From Marsupella aquatica (taxonomy: Eukaryota > Plantae > Marchantiophyta): a stretch of 64,000 bases of DNA. Shown in pieces: positions 51,049 to 62,857 of the stretch; position 1 is the first letter of the stretch; each line of letters starts with the position of its first letter. The DNA is taken from the NCBI GenBank assembly GCA_973895155.1, contig OZ316892.1, positions 6,927,251 to 6,991,250 on the forward strand, written 5' to 3'. Under the pieces are notes generated by a model that was not told the DNA's origin, searched no databases, and saw only the letters and a program-made list of their open reading frames with translations. The position numbers were made by a program, and so were the translations under genes.

Positions 51049-52689
51049 GCTGAACTGAATTTCAGTTCAGTTTTGTGGTGGGCCCCGAAAATGCATCCAG
51101 TAGTTCAGTTTTGCTACAATGGATCCGTAGGCACAAGATTCCACAAAACATATGTATACTGCTTTTTGAGTCCAATATTATTAAAAGATGTTATCACACT
51201 ATATAGTCAATTCCCGCCTCTGGTTTTTCTGTGTTTTTCCGTCCGTCAGAAATACTCACTTGAATGGACAACGCTCATAAAACAAAGTTTTTCATACGCA
51301 AGCCCTCTGCAAATAAAAAAATGCACTGACGTGACACGGAGAAAAAACAATGTTACTTCATCCTTGGTGGCAAGAAGAAAAACACTATTTCAAAGTCACC
51401 AGAAAATTTGTACTCCACAGATATTGTCAATTTTCATCTCAAATGAAATAACAGGATTTAATGTGAATGCTTACATGGGAAAAAAAAATTCACTCTTGAG
51501 TATTTATATTTGTCGTAATAGTGTTTCTGCCCTGTCCATTTGGTGTGTGTGTTTTTTGTTGCGGCTGCTTGTTTTTTGTTACGCATTGAATATGCAGTGC
51601 GTGTAATTTGTTTTTTTCCAATATGTTGGTGTGTGCTTTTTACACGTCAGTGTTGCTTGTTTTTTTTCAATATGTCACTTTTTTGTCGCCAATAATGTTT
51701 GTTGCGTGTTTTTTAACATGCTTCTTGGTGCATGTTTTTTTACGCATTCTGTGATGACCCCTGTCCCTTGCGGGGTTTCATTAGGGGGTTACCCTGTCTC
51801 CAACGGGATTTCATTACTGGATTAGACCTACATGTCAGAAATCTTAGGGTCTCCCTTTCAATCCTCATCTTTCGTGAGAAACAACACTCTTCTTTTGCAC
51901 TATATCTCTTCTTTTTCATCAAGGGAACAATGTCCATAGTGGCTTCTCCTTTTTAGCATCAACGACAACAATTTGACAACATCTTTTTATTTTGCTTCTA
52001 TCAAGCATATAAGGACATGTGTGAAAACCTCTACAATACAACAGGGCAGCCACTTAATCTCCACAAAATTCAAGAATTGAAAGTATACCTACATAAGATG
52101 GGCCAAACATTGGACATATTGAGTTGCACTCCATTACTCTATTTTGTTTATATATTACAGCATCAGATTCTATTAAAAACTTGAAATGCTCTATTTTTAC
52201 ATGCTTATGGGATAAATTCATAACATCTGCAAACAAAATTTAACCAACTATAAGATTGCATATAAACAAACACAAAATTTGGACATGAGATGCAATGCAC
52301 CAAATCTTACTTATAAATCTCCCACTACAAGCTACAGTTGGGACCTAGGCTTTTAGAGTGAAGTCTCTAGACAGTAACTCCATGGCTCATCATGTGAATG
52401 AGAAAACTGGTGTCTATGATGTATGTCATGTCAAATGATAATCATGACTGTTTTTTGTTATAATTTTTATTTATATTAAAAACTGATCTCTATGGCCCTA
52501 CCCTATTATATGTGCATATATGTGCATAAGTGGATTGTGGGATAAACAAACTGAAAGTGGGTTGTGCATAGAAAACAGTATTATGGTATGTTATGTATGA
52601 TTATTAAAATGATGATATGCATGATAAATTTTTTATCATTTCATTAACCTCTATATTTTGGTGACATGTTTATTGTCCGCCCCGCTATT

Positions 52690-52719
52690 CACGTTCAAAG
52701 AACGGGTAGTCGGGGCTAG
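52690..52719 (+). mobile_element. Probable Helitron 3' terminus
   Basis: Hairpin CGTTC-AAA-GAACG(GG), then about 10 nt, then CTAG (52716-52719) followed by T. AT-rich sequence lies upstream; 5' end not identified. Confidence 0.55.
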
Positions 52720-52769
52720 TAATGGAAAAATCTCATTCCAACACATATAGATGTTGTAGTTGTAGTTGT

Positions 52770-53713
52770 TTTACTTTTATCACTTCTCAATGTGATGGTC
52801 CTCAGCTGGTTGTGTAGTACTGCAGGTCCAAGTTTCCTATTTCTTTCAATTTGCTTTCTCAAAGTTTTGAACCAATCAAGGTCACAATAATGAAGGTATC
52901 CAAACATTTTGAAGTAGCTGTATGCTTTCAAAGTAGAATTTGACACTGGAGTTCACTTATACACCATTTGTTTCTTGCCTGTAAGTTACAAACATCTAAT
53001 GCTCTGGTGCTTCTATGGTTTGAGATTGTTGACACTCGTCTAGAATCACTTTGTACCATTATATTTGCTTTAGGCAAGGAGAGAATTTTTCCTTTGGTTT
53101 CTTGAGTTTTTGCGTCACAATAATTTTGGGAGTTAACTTGCTTTTTTCTCTGTGTTAGTGTGTCCACACTAGAATGCACGACAATACTGGTAATTAGGAC
53201 ATTTTATTGCTCCAAAACCTTTGGATCCATTGACATTTGTTGATGTGCCTTTTGAGTAGTTTTAGTGATCATCTCATGTTGTCATTTGAGTCATAACACC
53301 TCTTGGACAAACAATATTGGTCTTGTTTGTAAGTGGTCAATTGGTGACAAAGAGAAAAATCAGTTGAACTATTTTCCCCATTTTTTTCCCAATAAATACG
53401 TTTCCATGCACAAATGTAGAGGAGACGAAAATTGTGAATTACATAGCACACAACACATGACTTACATAGTGTACAACACATCCTGAAGGCTAGCTTAATT
53501 GAATACAAAGGTCACTAAAAATCAACAACTAAAATGAGCATGCAGTATTACCTCGTCATCTGCCAAAATGCCTCCAAAAACTTCCAAGTTGCTAGATTTC
53601 CTTGATAGCATGTTAAATATATTTTCCCTTTGGTATTGGTAGCCTTTAAAACTTTGTATAAGCCCATCTGGTGGACTCTCTTCTCCAATAAAATGTTTAT
53701 AATCAATGTATTC
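52770..53713 (-). pseudogene. Degenerate SNF2 ATPase N-lobe, RAD5/16-like CHR27/CHR28 (FRG)-type
   Basis: Exon 53552-53713 reads EESPPDGLIQ...YQRENIFNML...GGILADDE|GT. Then MGKIVQLI (motif I), IVCPRGV (Ia), WYKVILDEC (II), ARNKWCIS..TP (III) and YSYFKM...LRTITLR, with stops and frameshifts. Confidence 0.75.
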
Positions 53714-54336
53714 CTACAATGGTCATATCATAACAGTTAGCCTTCATTTGTGGGGTATAGCGACCAAGACAGCAAACAGGCAAACAGCAAATACTTTTCC
53801 TGTTTGCCTTATGCTGTTACCAGGAAAAAACATCTTGTACCAGGGGAAAGAACACACAATCAGGAGTTTAGAATTGTTTAAGTTGGAGTTAGTCCATTGC
53901 AGTGAGGGAGGATACCTTGTCATGAATCGCTGAACCACATAATAATTGAACCTCATATCCCAACACAAACAAGGGGGAGCAGACATAAAAATGTCAAGGA
54001 ATGTGCACAAAAATGGTAGGTCCCACCACAATCGGCAACAAAATATATAAAAATAATACAAAATGAATGCAGCCCAAAACTTTATGGTATTATATGGTCC
54101 AAAATAAAAGCGAACAACGTCTTGACTAGCACCTGGCGCTATCTTATCGGTATTTAAGGAAACAAATAGTTGGCACAACACGATGATATTTAACGGTGTA
54201 GCCTAAATGACAAAATTATCAGCGCCTGGCGCTAACAAAACATGACGCGACATAAATAACACTTTTCCGTTGACATACGACAAAATCAATATAACCATTT
54301 GGACCGATAATAAAACCTACATCATCATGATTCATG

Positions 54337-57300
54337 CTATAAACTATGAGCATTTTGCCTCTCTAATATGAGCCGAACCTCTCCAACAGTGAGAATTGGT
54401 TGGCTGGTCAATGTAGATTCCTCAACGTCTAGTTTGAAAACGGTAAGGAAAATCCAATACAAATGTTTGCAAGGCATATATGGATTTGCAAGGCATATAT
54501 GGATGTTTCCGAGAATGTCACCGGTAGAAATCCTCACACGAGCAAGTGGGGAAAAAGCAAATTTGAACAAAGTAACAATTTGGCGTCCGCATATTTTCAT
54601 GCGTTTGCACCTTAAACTGCTTTCCCCATGCATTCCCAATCGCAACATCCCACTCTCCCTAAATGGACATCGTCTCTTTTTTTGCAGACGCAATTATGTT
54701 CATGTGACCCTGGGTAAGATTTGACTGAGGAACCGTATTCCTCCCATTCCGGCTTCGGAGACGAACATTGGGTTCGAGAAGATTCACATGTTCTAGAAAA
54801 ATATTGACATTGATTCGAAGATCAAAATCTAACGGGGGTGTAGTTGTATGTTCATTTCCGTGCACTAGGGAGATTCCGTTGTCAAGAAGATATTGCAGCT
54901 CATCTTCCGAAACATTTGTCCCTTTCAAAACGGGAAGAACATCCGAGAAAGGGGGCAGGTTCAATACACCTCGACGAGGGCGGCTTTAGTAACATGTATT
55001 GTTTGGGAAAAACCAAATCATTTCGGTTATGGGTTCCCCCCTGAAAATGTCCTTTGACAACAACGCCGATAACACCATGTGGTGAGGGAAATCCAACTTT
55101 TTTCATGCGATTGCGACACTCGTCTCTTTTGGAATTATGGGAAAATGATCCGTTGCACTGAGGACCAGCGCCAAATTTTGAAGTTCGACGTAATTGCCAT
55201 GCAGTTGGAGCAACCTTGGTCTCACGGACAGGACACTCTTGTAACGGTTGTTGAAGCACGGAGGGAGCAGTCTGGGGAAGCCTCGTTGAACGCGTTCGGT
55301 CTCGAGCAGGAGGGGTATTGAAATTGACATCTTCTCCACCGCCCGAAATGTCACTTCCAGACAGATTAACAACAGGATTAACTTGAGGCGTGGGGCCAGG
55401 GATAGCATCAAACGTCGTGCGATTAAGATTCTTCCTTTTCATCGATCTAGTATTGGGCGAGGTGACAAGGATTTTATCATGCCTATGGGAGTCTTGTGGC
55501 GAGATATTCCCAGATGCATGTCCTTTCCTCTTCAAAGATTTGGTGACAACGTCTCCATTGAGAGGTGCACGTCTCTCCAAGTCAAACTCGGCAGCGTTGG
55601 ACAGTAGCATATTCATTGCATCTTCATACAACTTGGGGGAGCCTGCCTGGTCCGCTGATCGGAAAGCAAGTTCCCAAATTGTGGGACCTTTTCCTCTATG
55701 CAACCCTTTCCGATACGCAGTGTAAGCAGCAACCTGAGAAATAGCTCAATTTTGGTCCATTTCACATGCCTCAAAGAGTCCAACCTTTTTCTTCATTACC
55801 CATGCTTTCATACCTGCGTGCACGGACTCTGATCCTGTACAATTAGGAATCTTAGCCCCTTCTTCGACACTCATGCGCAATTACATAGAATAAATTGTTT
55901 GTTACGCAACAAGAAAACACTAGCGTCGGGCGCTAGTGAAGTGGAGTCTGTACCTAGAAGTAAAAACTGGCACTGTCCATTAAGGGACAACTTATTGCGT
56001 CGTATTGTGTCATATGACAGTTTGAATAAATGATAGCGCCAGGCGCTAGTATTAAAGGATGCTATGGTATTGTAATATTTGAATATGGATACAAACATTT
56101 TGTAATGAGAATATAGCACAGTAATACCTAAAGAGCGGAAAGCAAACTAAGTAAACTAACTTACCAAACGAATAAAATTTCCCCATTGCCTCCACCTGAC
56201 GACCCACCATGAAATCCAACTTTGGAGCATCCGAAGCTTCCCCGGGACACAGTTACCCAACTGCCACCACAAATCAATCTCCCTTGAAATTCTGTAAGCC
56301 TCTACAAATGTGGGGGCATTTCGCATCTTATCCCAAAGCCTCCGATGCTCTCCTTGACTCTCTTCAATCACTCCTTTAATTGAATGGCGATGGAAGGCTT
56401 GGTAGAAATGGAATGCGTCAGTTCGCTCACGCTCAGGGTTTGGATGCCCTCCAAAAAAGACATTTTGGACTGCCAGCCAACCAGCTTGAGCATTGTCCGC
56501 CATGAATCCATGAATAATCGGATTTTCTAATCCATTCTCCTTGGACACCTCAATCATTAGTCTCCAAGCCTTCTCGAACGACTCTGTATCCTCTGCTTTT
56601 AGTTCGCAGGTAAATAAGGTACACAGAGCGCGATAGTTGTGATCGTAAATATGCGCACTAAAAGTAACCCAGTCTTTTGTGAGTCGTTTCATCACATCAA
56701 AACTTACCCAAGAACCTTCAAGACTTCCACCAGGTTGCATTTGTCTCAAAAGATCGACGCCTGATCCATGACCGATCAAAGTCATCTTGAATATGTGAGG
56801 ACGGTCTTTTTGAGACCCTTGACCTGGTAGGAGGTACCTGTGGAGGAAAGGCATGTTGATATTTCTTTGATACCGAACAAGAAAATCTAGTTCACCTTGA
56901 CCTTTCTGGTCCTGTCTAACACTACGAAAGAGGGACGCAAACTTCTGGGGTGTGGAAACTACCATGAGCGACTCAAATATCTCAGTTTCTTCAATATCTT
57001 GAATATCTTCCACACTTTCACACAAGGACTTTACAAAGGACCCTGTCGCCACATTTTTTACACCAGCAGGGGTAAAAATTGGATTTCCTTCCAATTTCTT
57101 TTTGATAACCTCCTCAACAATCTTCTCTGCGCTCCAAGAAAACACCTTTCTTGAAGGATGGTTGTGGATCCCCATATGAATTGCCAAGCGGGACATGTGA
57201 GTACAAGTTTCTGAGTCAACTAGAACCTGGGGGTACATGTAAAATAACCTTGCTGGACAGGATTGGACACAAAACGGAACTTGATCACAAAATTGGCAAA

Positions 57301-58237
57301 CAACTCCACCTTCGTCAATGAAGGAGCCAACACGATGTTGCCCGCCAAGTTTGGGGGTTCCACCCCAGGCCTTCTGGTTCCTCCTTTTCTTCCGTCGAAA
57401 ATAGTCGCAAGTATTATTCCTACACTCAATGGAACCAGTGCACGTTACTTTACCAAATTCCCAATATTTCTTGGGATGAACATTAGCTGATGTAGGAAAT
57501 ATTCTGGTCCAGATGTAGCAATCCTTCGACCGGTCCATGTCGCGTAGACGTGACCCCTTTGAAAGAGCTCCCGTAGGAGGCAACTCGAATACAATATTTC
57601 CATTGTATTTCTTTGGCAAACAGCCGACTTGTTCATGGCAAAAGTCCCCAGCCGCGATGAACCTTGAGATTTCACTGGAACCAGTTGACTTGAGAATAGT
57701 ATCCATTGCACTTCTCCGATACACAATGGAATTTTTGGTAAAAACTGCTCTAACCTCTTGTTTAACAGGGGTAACCTCCTGTTTAACAATTGTGTGAGGG
57801 GGTTTAGCACTAGACTCAGGCAAACCAGAAGGTCCATCATCGTCGCTATCTAAAAGAAAGACAACATCAACAAAGGGTTTGGATGAAGATGGGAGATCGG
57901 ATGCGACTGGTTTTCGAATGACAATAGAATACCGAATTCCTGCATTCAGGTGCCAAAAACGAATCCCGTCATCAACATCAAAAGAAGTAGTGAAATTAGA
58001 GGCTTCATCTCCGTTTCCCTCCTCCAAAATGTCCTCAATGTCATTCAAATCCAAACCAAAGCGCCCACAAAGATAATTCTCACTAACTTGCTTGTATACG
58101 TCATTGGTCGACAATGGAATGGATACAAGGTCACCGGTAGACGGACGCGTCAGAACGATTAACCTCGACATTGTAAGATCATCCAACCCAAAAACACTCA
58201 GTTCACAATAATGAATGATGTCTTCGAATGCACACAA
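54337..58237 (-). pseudogene. MULE-type DDE transposase with GCM/WRKY-like zinc domain and C-terminal SWIM finger, disrupted
   Basis: 693-aa ORF contains TCTGSIECRNNTC...CQFC...CPAR...HMGIHNHP (GCM/WRKY-like), SFDVMK (D1), FMADNAQA (D2) and DAFHFYQA (CxxH-like). After the intron (donor 56164) comes SESVHAG (putative E, ~55828). C-terminus PTCSCEDF...PCKHLYW (SWIM). Stops at 55746, 54986, 54659, 54518 and a 19-bp duplication at 54466-54503. Confidence 0.8.
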
Positions 58238-58311
58238 TGGTATTCATAGTGAATAATCCGTTTGTCAGAGCCGTTAGAATACGATAGAATCACTACCGGT
58301 CGAAAGCACAT

Positions 58312-59130
58312 CTGACACAATAAATATTTTTTATCGTTATGTCAACAACATTTACACTAATGAGCCTAAGATGTCCGTTTCCGAAGAGCATAATCATGTT
58401 TATTAAATCATCTTAATTGAGTAGCGTCGGGCGCTACTCAAACATCCTCACTCCAACATGGACCCAAAATGGTGCAATATATGTTTAGCGCCAGGCGCTA
58501 CTCAAACCCACACCATAAATTGTGGTATTAAACTGGAATATTTTATCCGGGGTTTCAGAATAAACCCTAATGTTTGTAGCTATTTTCCAAATATTATCTA
58601 AAATTTTACCAAAATGTGCCCATTTAATATTAGCGCCGGGCACTAATTTGAAACAGTAATCATGACATTCAATTAAGGAAAAATATTCAAAAATTGTATT
58701 CATTTTGTTTTTTATTTTATACTTCAGGGTCAATGTTGGCCTAACTTAGGGAAAATTTAGGGTTTAAATATTGATCGTTTTGGGTAGCGCCAAGCGCTAC
58801 CATTGACCAATATCAGATTTGACCTAGGAATATAGATTAAAATCACCAAACTCTTCTTTAACGGTCATATTCAACGGTAATGTTAGGTCGCGTAACGTTG
58901 AAGATATGCCAACGGTATTCTAACAACTAATCCAGAATTGACAAGTGGCGCTCAGGAGAATGTCGTAAATAGATATCAATGTAGCGAGGGGATAGTTTAG
59001 AGATGATACTCTCCCCACCTCCCTTGTCCGCTATATTTAGGTTCCGTTTTGGAGGTTCTTCGTGCAAGAATTCTCTAGAAGAAGTACAGTACGAATGAGG
59101 TACTCATCACGATCGTGAAGCACTTTGTGT
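58312..59130. promoter_or_regulatory. Putative bidirectional promoter between transposase and accessory gene
   Basis: AT-rich spacer between head-to-head genes, carrying 4 palindrome copies. Confidence 0.5.
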
Positions 59131-62100
59131 ATGCAAAACATGGACCCTCTCCCCACCACCTCGCATGGGTATAGTGCTAACGAGCAGAGAGAGCAGATCC
59201 ATTCCCAGACATCCGAGTGCTCGTTTTCTGGATCTGTTTACAGTCGTCGTGTGACACGGTCTACAGCATCCGAAGATCCTGAAACAGTTGCGGTAGTCAC
59301 ATTTTCGAAGAGCAGGAGAGCAAAGATGGACGATCTCGACACATACGTTGTGGAATTTTGAGGAAAACTGTCACTGACGATGTTCGACGTTATCTCCAAG
59401 CACGTTATGGTGTTTGGCAAGGATTTTCGAGGGCACGACAAAGACCCCCCAAGGATTCCAATGTGCCGCTTGGTTCACATGGAAGTTGTCTGCACCTTAT
59501 AGAAGGGAAGTCCTTCAATTGAAAAGTTGAAGGACTCTTTTCGTAGCACAGGATACAACTCAAAAATTGGAATGTTATTCTATGTCCAGCCGGCAGATTC
59601 GAATGGGAATGTCCAGACGTGTACTCCAGAAATTAGAGCGACATGGGACCCGGTGTGGGTGGTCGAGAACGAGAAGTTTGAAGCTGAATGTGCGGCCAAT
59701 CCAGACTTCATGGTGTTACAAGATAAGATGTTTTACGTTTTTGACGGTAACCATCGACTTTACGCATGGTCGATCGTTACGAAAGAAAATCCAGAAGATA
59801 GCAAGTATCACCCGCGTGTGCAATGTACTATCTTCAAGGGTGAAAAGGGATCTTTGATTGAAATTGAGGCGGCTATACATACTGTGAACCAGTAAGTCTA
59901 TCTTTGAATTTCACCTATCCTTATCTTTTATAGTGTAGTTTTCACTAGCGCCTGGCGCTATTGACTGACAAATTCTTCTGTAGACTTGGACAGGCCGTGG
60001 TGGACATCAAGTATTCCTGGATACTTGATGAAGACCGAATTAAGAGGATTTTGTCCAACGATCTAGAATACTACAAATCAATCATCGATGGGGCAAACTT
60101 CAAGAAGTTTGGGCAGGTGATGCAAAAGACTCGAAAAGGATCATGGTATTCCAAGAAAATGCCTCAAGAAGCACTTATGTATATCTTATGCGAGAATAAG
60201 ATTAAATCCTATTCTTGACAATTCAAGAAGGACATGGAGTCGGCCACCGCTCAGGGAAATCCTTGGTCTCGGGAAGAGACATCCAAACAACATGCGGTCA
60301 TGATGAAAGAAGCAACGAAGGGATTGGGCGATCAAGGTCTCAAAGATCACTCCCTTGTTGAGTCCTGAGTTTGAAGACTTCATGACAACCTGTGCTGAGA
60401 TGTATCCGATGACAGAGGTGAACAAACGCGAGAAGAAACCGGATGCGGTTGTTTGTACCATGGATCGTGCCAGGTTATTTACAGCAGTCTCCGCCCTTGA
60501 CCCCAAATTGAGGAGCACTTTGTTAGTAGCGCATTGCACGCCAGAGCTCAGGAAGCAGTTCTTTCATCCGCAAAGCATTAGCGATGACCCTGTGAAGCAG
60601 TGGTGCCACACTTGGCAAACTTGGAATAGCGTGGAAGGAATTGCCATTGGTATGCTGCAGACTATCCTCCAGCAAATCAGTGAAATAATTTCTTCCAATC
60701 GATTGGAGGAATGGAATTGTGAGTCTTATGATTCACTCGTTGAAATAGTGTGCAATGATTTCAAAAAATTTGGGGATGCAATGAAAGGTAAGTTTTTCAA
60801 TACGACGTGGATGTCCAAGTACCCGGACAAGGAAGACTACACACTCAAGAATCAAAAGCGAGCTAAACGATATGTCTATCGTTTCTTCATGCACATGGAG
60901 ATTGTGAAGCCTGACTATTTTTGGGCTTACACAGCTGCTTTCCAGAATTGGGTCATCTGCGCAGATTGAGACATTTTGGCCGAACTGTATCCGATGTATC
61001 CCGCTGAGGGTATACTTCCACCAAGGAAATTGTCCCAGTGGGAGAGAATTCACTGCCCTTGGTACCTTGACACCGACAGATGGGATTCTCCTTTTGACGA
61101 CACTGAGAAGGATGCTTTCCATAAATTGTCTAAATCCCAAGTTCCGAGACAATTTATCTCAGACATGAAGCAAGGAATTGAGGGGGACGTCAACTCGTCG
61201 ACGACTGAGTTGCAAAAAAAATGCGAAACCACAGTGGTTCATGTTGATCGAAGCCAAAAACCAAGAGCCAAAGCCAAGGCGGATGCCCCTGTGGCAAGTG
61301 CTAGTGCCAAGTCTGGGAAAAAACGTAAGCTACACCTCCTTCTTCCGACTTCCTTCTTTGTTAGCGCCTGGCGCTATCATGTGTCGTAAGTTTAATGTGT
61401 CATATTTCTCAAAATTGATGTGGGTGTTTGGTCAGCGCCTGGCGCTAACACTTTTTCTGTGCTTGACACCGTTTTTTGGTAGGTGGTCAAAAATCTGATG
61501 CCGCCACGGATGACACAAAAGTTGATGCAACACCAGAAGTCTCTGAGGCCAACACTGGTGCCAATCCAGACCCCATCACCCCCGTTGAGAAGGGGAAGGT
61601 TATAGTTCTTGTGGATGCTACAAGCACAAAGAAGAAGAAGAAGAAGAAAAGGACCATCGATGCCTGGGAATCGTCGCGAGATAATGCTTCTGGGGCCGGT
61701 ATCCAACGGGATGTGGGGACTTTCAAGACTAAACTCGGAAGACATTGTATGGTCGAATCAAGCTTGGCAGAATTCATTGATAGTGCATTTAGTAAGGAAG
61801 AGAAGCCAGATTGGGTCTCAGACGCTGAGAAGTGGGGTAAGGATTTGATCAAATCGGGGTGTAGAGATAAAGGAATCATTTGAGGTGGGAAGGAACGATC
61901 ATTTGGGGTGAATGCGGGTTTCATCTATCTCCCAACTGGTTTGAAACCCACAATTGTTGACCGTCGGGTCCCAAAATGGAATGTGACAGATCACACAGCA
62001 GCCGAATCATTTTTTCAGGCGATGGATCCTTTCCTTTCCGATGACGGCATGCTCGCTATCTTATACTCGGATGACCACGATCAGATTTCCCAGGTTATTT

Positions 62101-62857
62101 CTGCATGTCAGCAATCCAAGAAGTTTATGTGCATCAATACGCACAATGTTTTCATGTCTGTCCCAATGTACAGATCCAAGACAGATGTCCAGGTAAATGT
62201 TCTCTCTGAGTAGAGCTATACTAGCGCCCGGCGCTACTCTTTCTTTCTTAGTAGGTCTTCTCTCATGAATAAGAGATTTTTAAAATCCAATTGGTTTGTC
62301 AACTTTTGCAGGTCTTCACTCTTAGACTAGATATATTTTGTCGAGTTTCTTTTAAAGGAAAGGTCCCAAAGGATCCAAGATTCAAGCCGTTATCTAGCGC
62401 TGAAGATCCTTCAATCTCAAACCTTATTGGGCTACAATCTTTGAAGGAAGATCATTGTCCTGAACTCTATTTTACTGGGAATTCCCGACTACCGGTTGGT
62501 TTTATGCAAACTATCCTTGAACTCTTTATGATACCTAAGGATATTGTAATTGATTGGACCGTCGGCTCAGGTAGTACGTTCATTGCTGGGGATTACTCAG
62601 GCCGTTTTGTCATCGGGTTAGAAAATCGTCGGGAGTTTGTTGAGACCGCTTCGAGGATTTTTTTGGATCTCATTTCTCCCAAACCTTTGGAGACACAACC
62701 TCCCCCTCCTCAAATAACCGGACAAAAAAAGAAAGATAGACTTAGATCTGTCCTCAACTTTGATTCGGATGAAGATGATGGGACGTCAGAAGATGATGGG
62801 ACGTCAGAAGATGATGTTCTTGAGGATGTCAATGACGGCGGGAAAGAGGAAACCTGA
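59131..62857 (+). pseudogene. ParB/Srx-like domain + beta-class amino-DNA-methyltransferase-like protein, 4 exons, disrupted
   Basis: Introns 59892-59983, 61325-61482 and 62193-62311 (GT-AG, frame-preserving). N-terminal RIPMCRL...EKLKDSF..GY...FYVFDGNHRLYAW. C-terminal LPVGFMQTILELFMIPKDIVIDWTVGSGSTFIAGDYSGRFVIGLENRREFV. Poly-Lys tract and acidic tail. Stops at 59359, 59500, 60216, 60967, 61881 and one frameshift near 60320. Confidence 0.72.

Noticed and set aside
62770-62815. 18-bp tandem repeat (EDDGTS x2)
   Set aside because: An ordinary in-frame expansion in an acidic tail.
59359-62857. Stop-codon readthrough, alternative genetic code or U-to-C editing to explain in-frame TGAs
   Set aside because: Neighbouring host genes use TGA as a normal stop, a frameshift is also present, and plant U-to-C editing is organellar. 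5mC deamination is the simpler explanation.
59131-62857. Bacterial/phage contamination as the source of the ParB-MTase gene
   Set aside because: The gene has three frame-preserving spliceosomal introns and a plant-like CG/CHG decay pattern, and is contiguous with plant genes.
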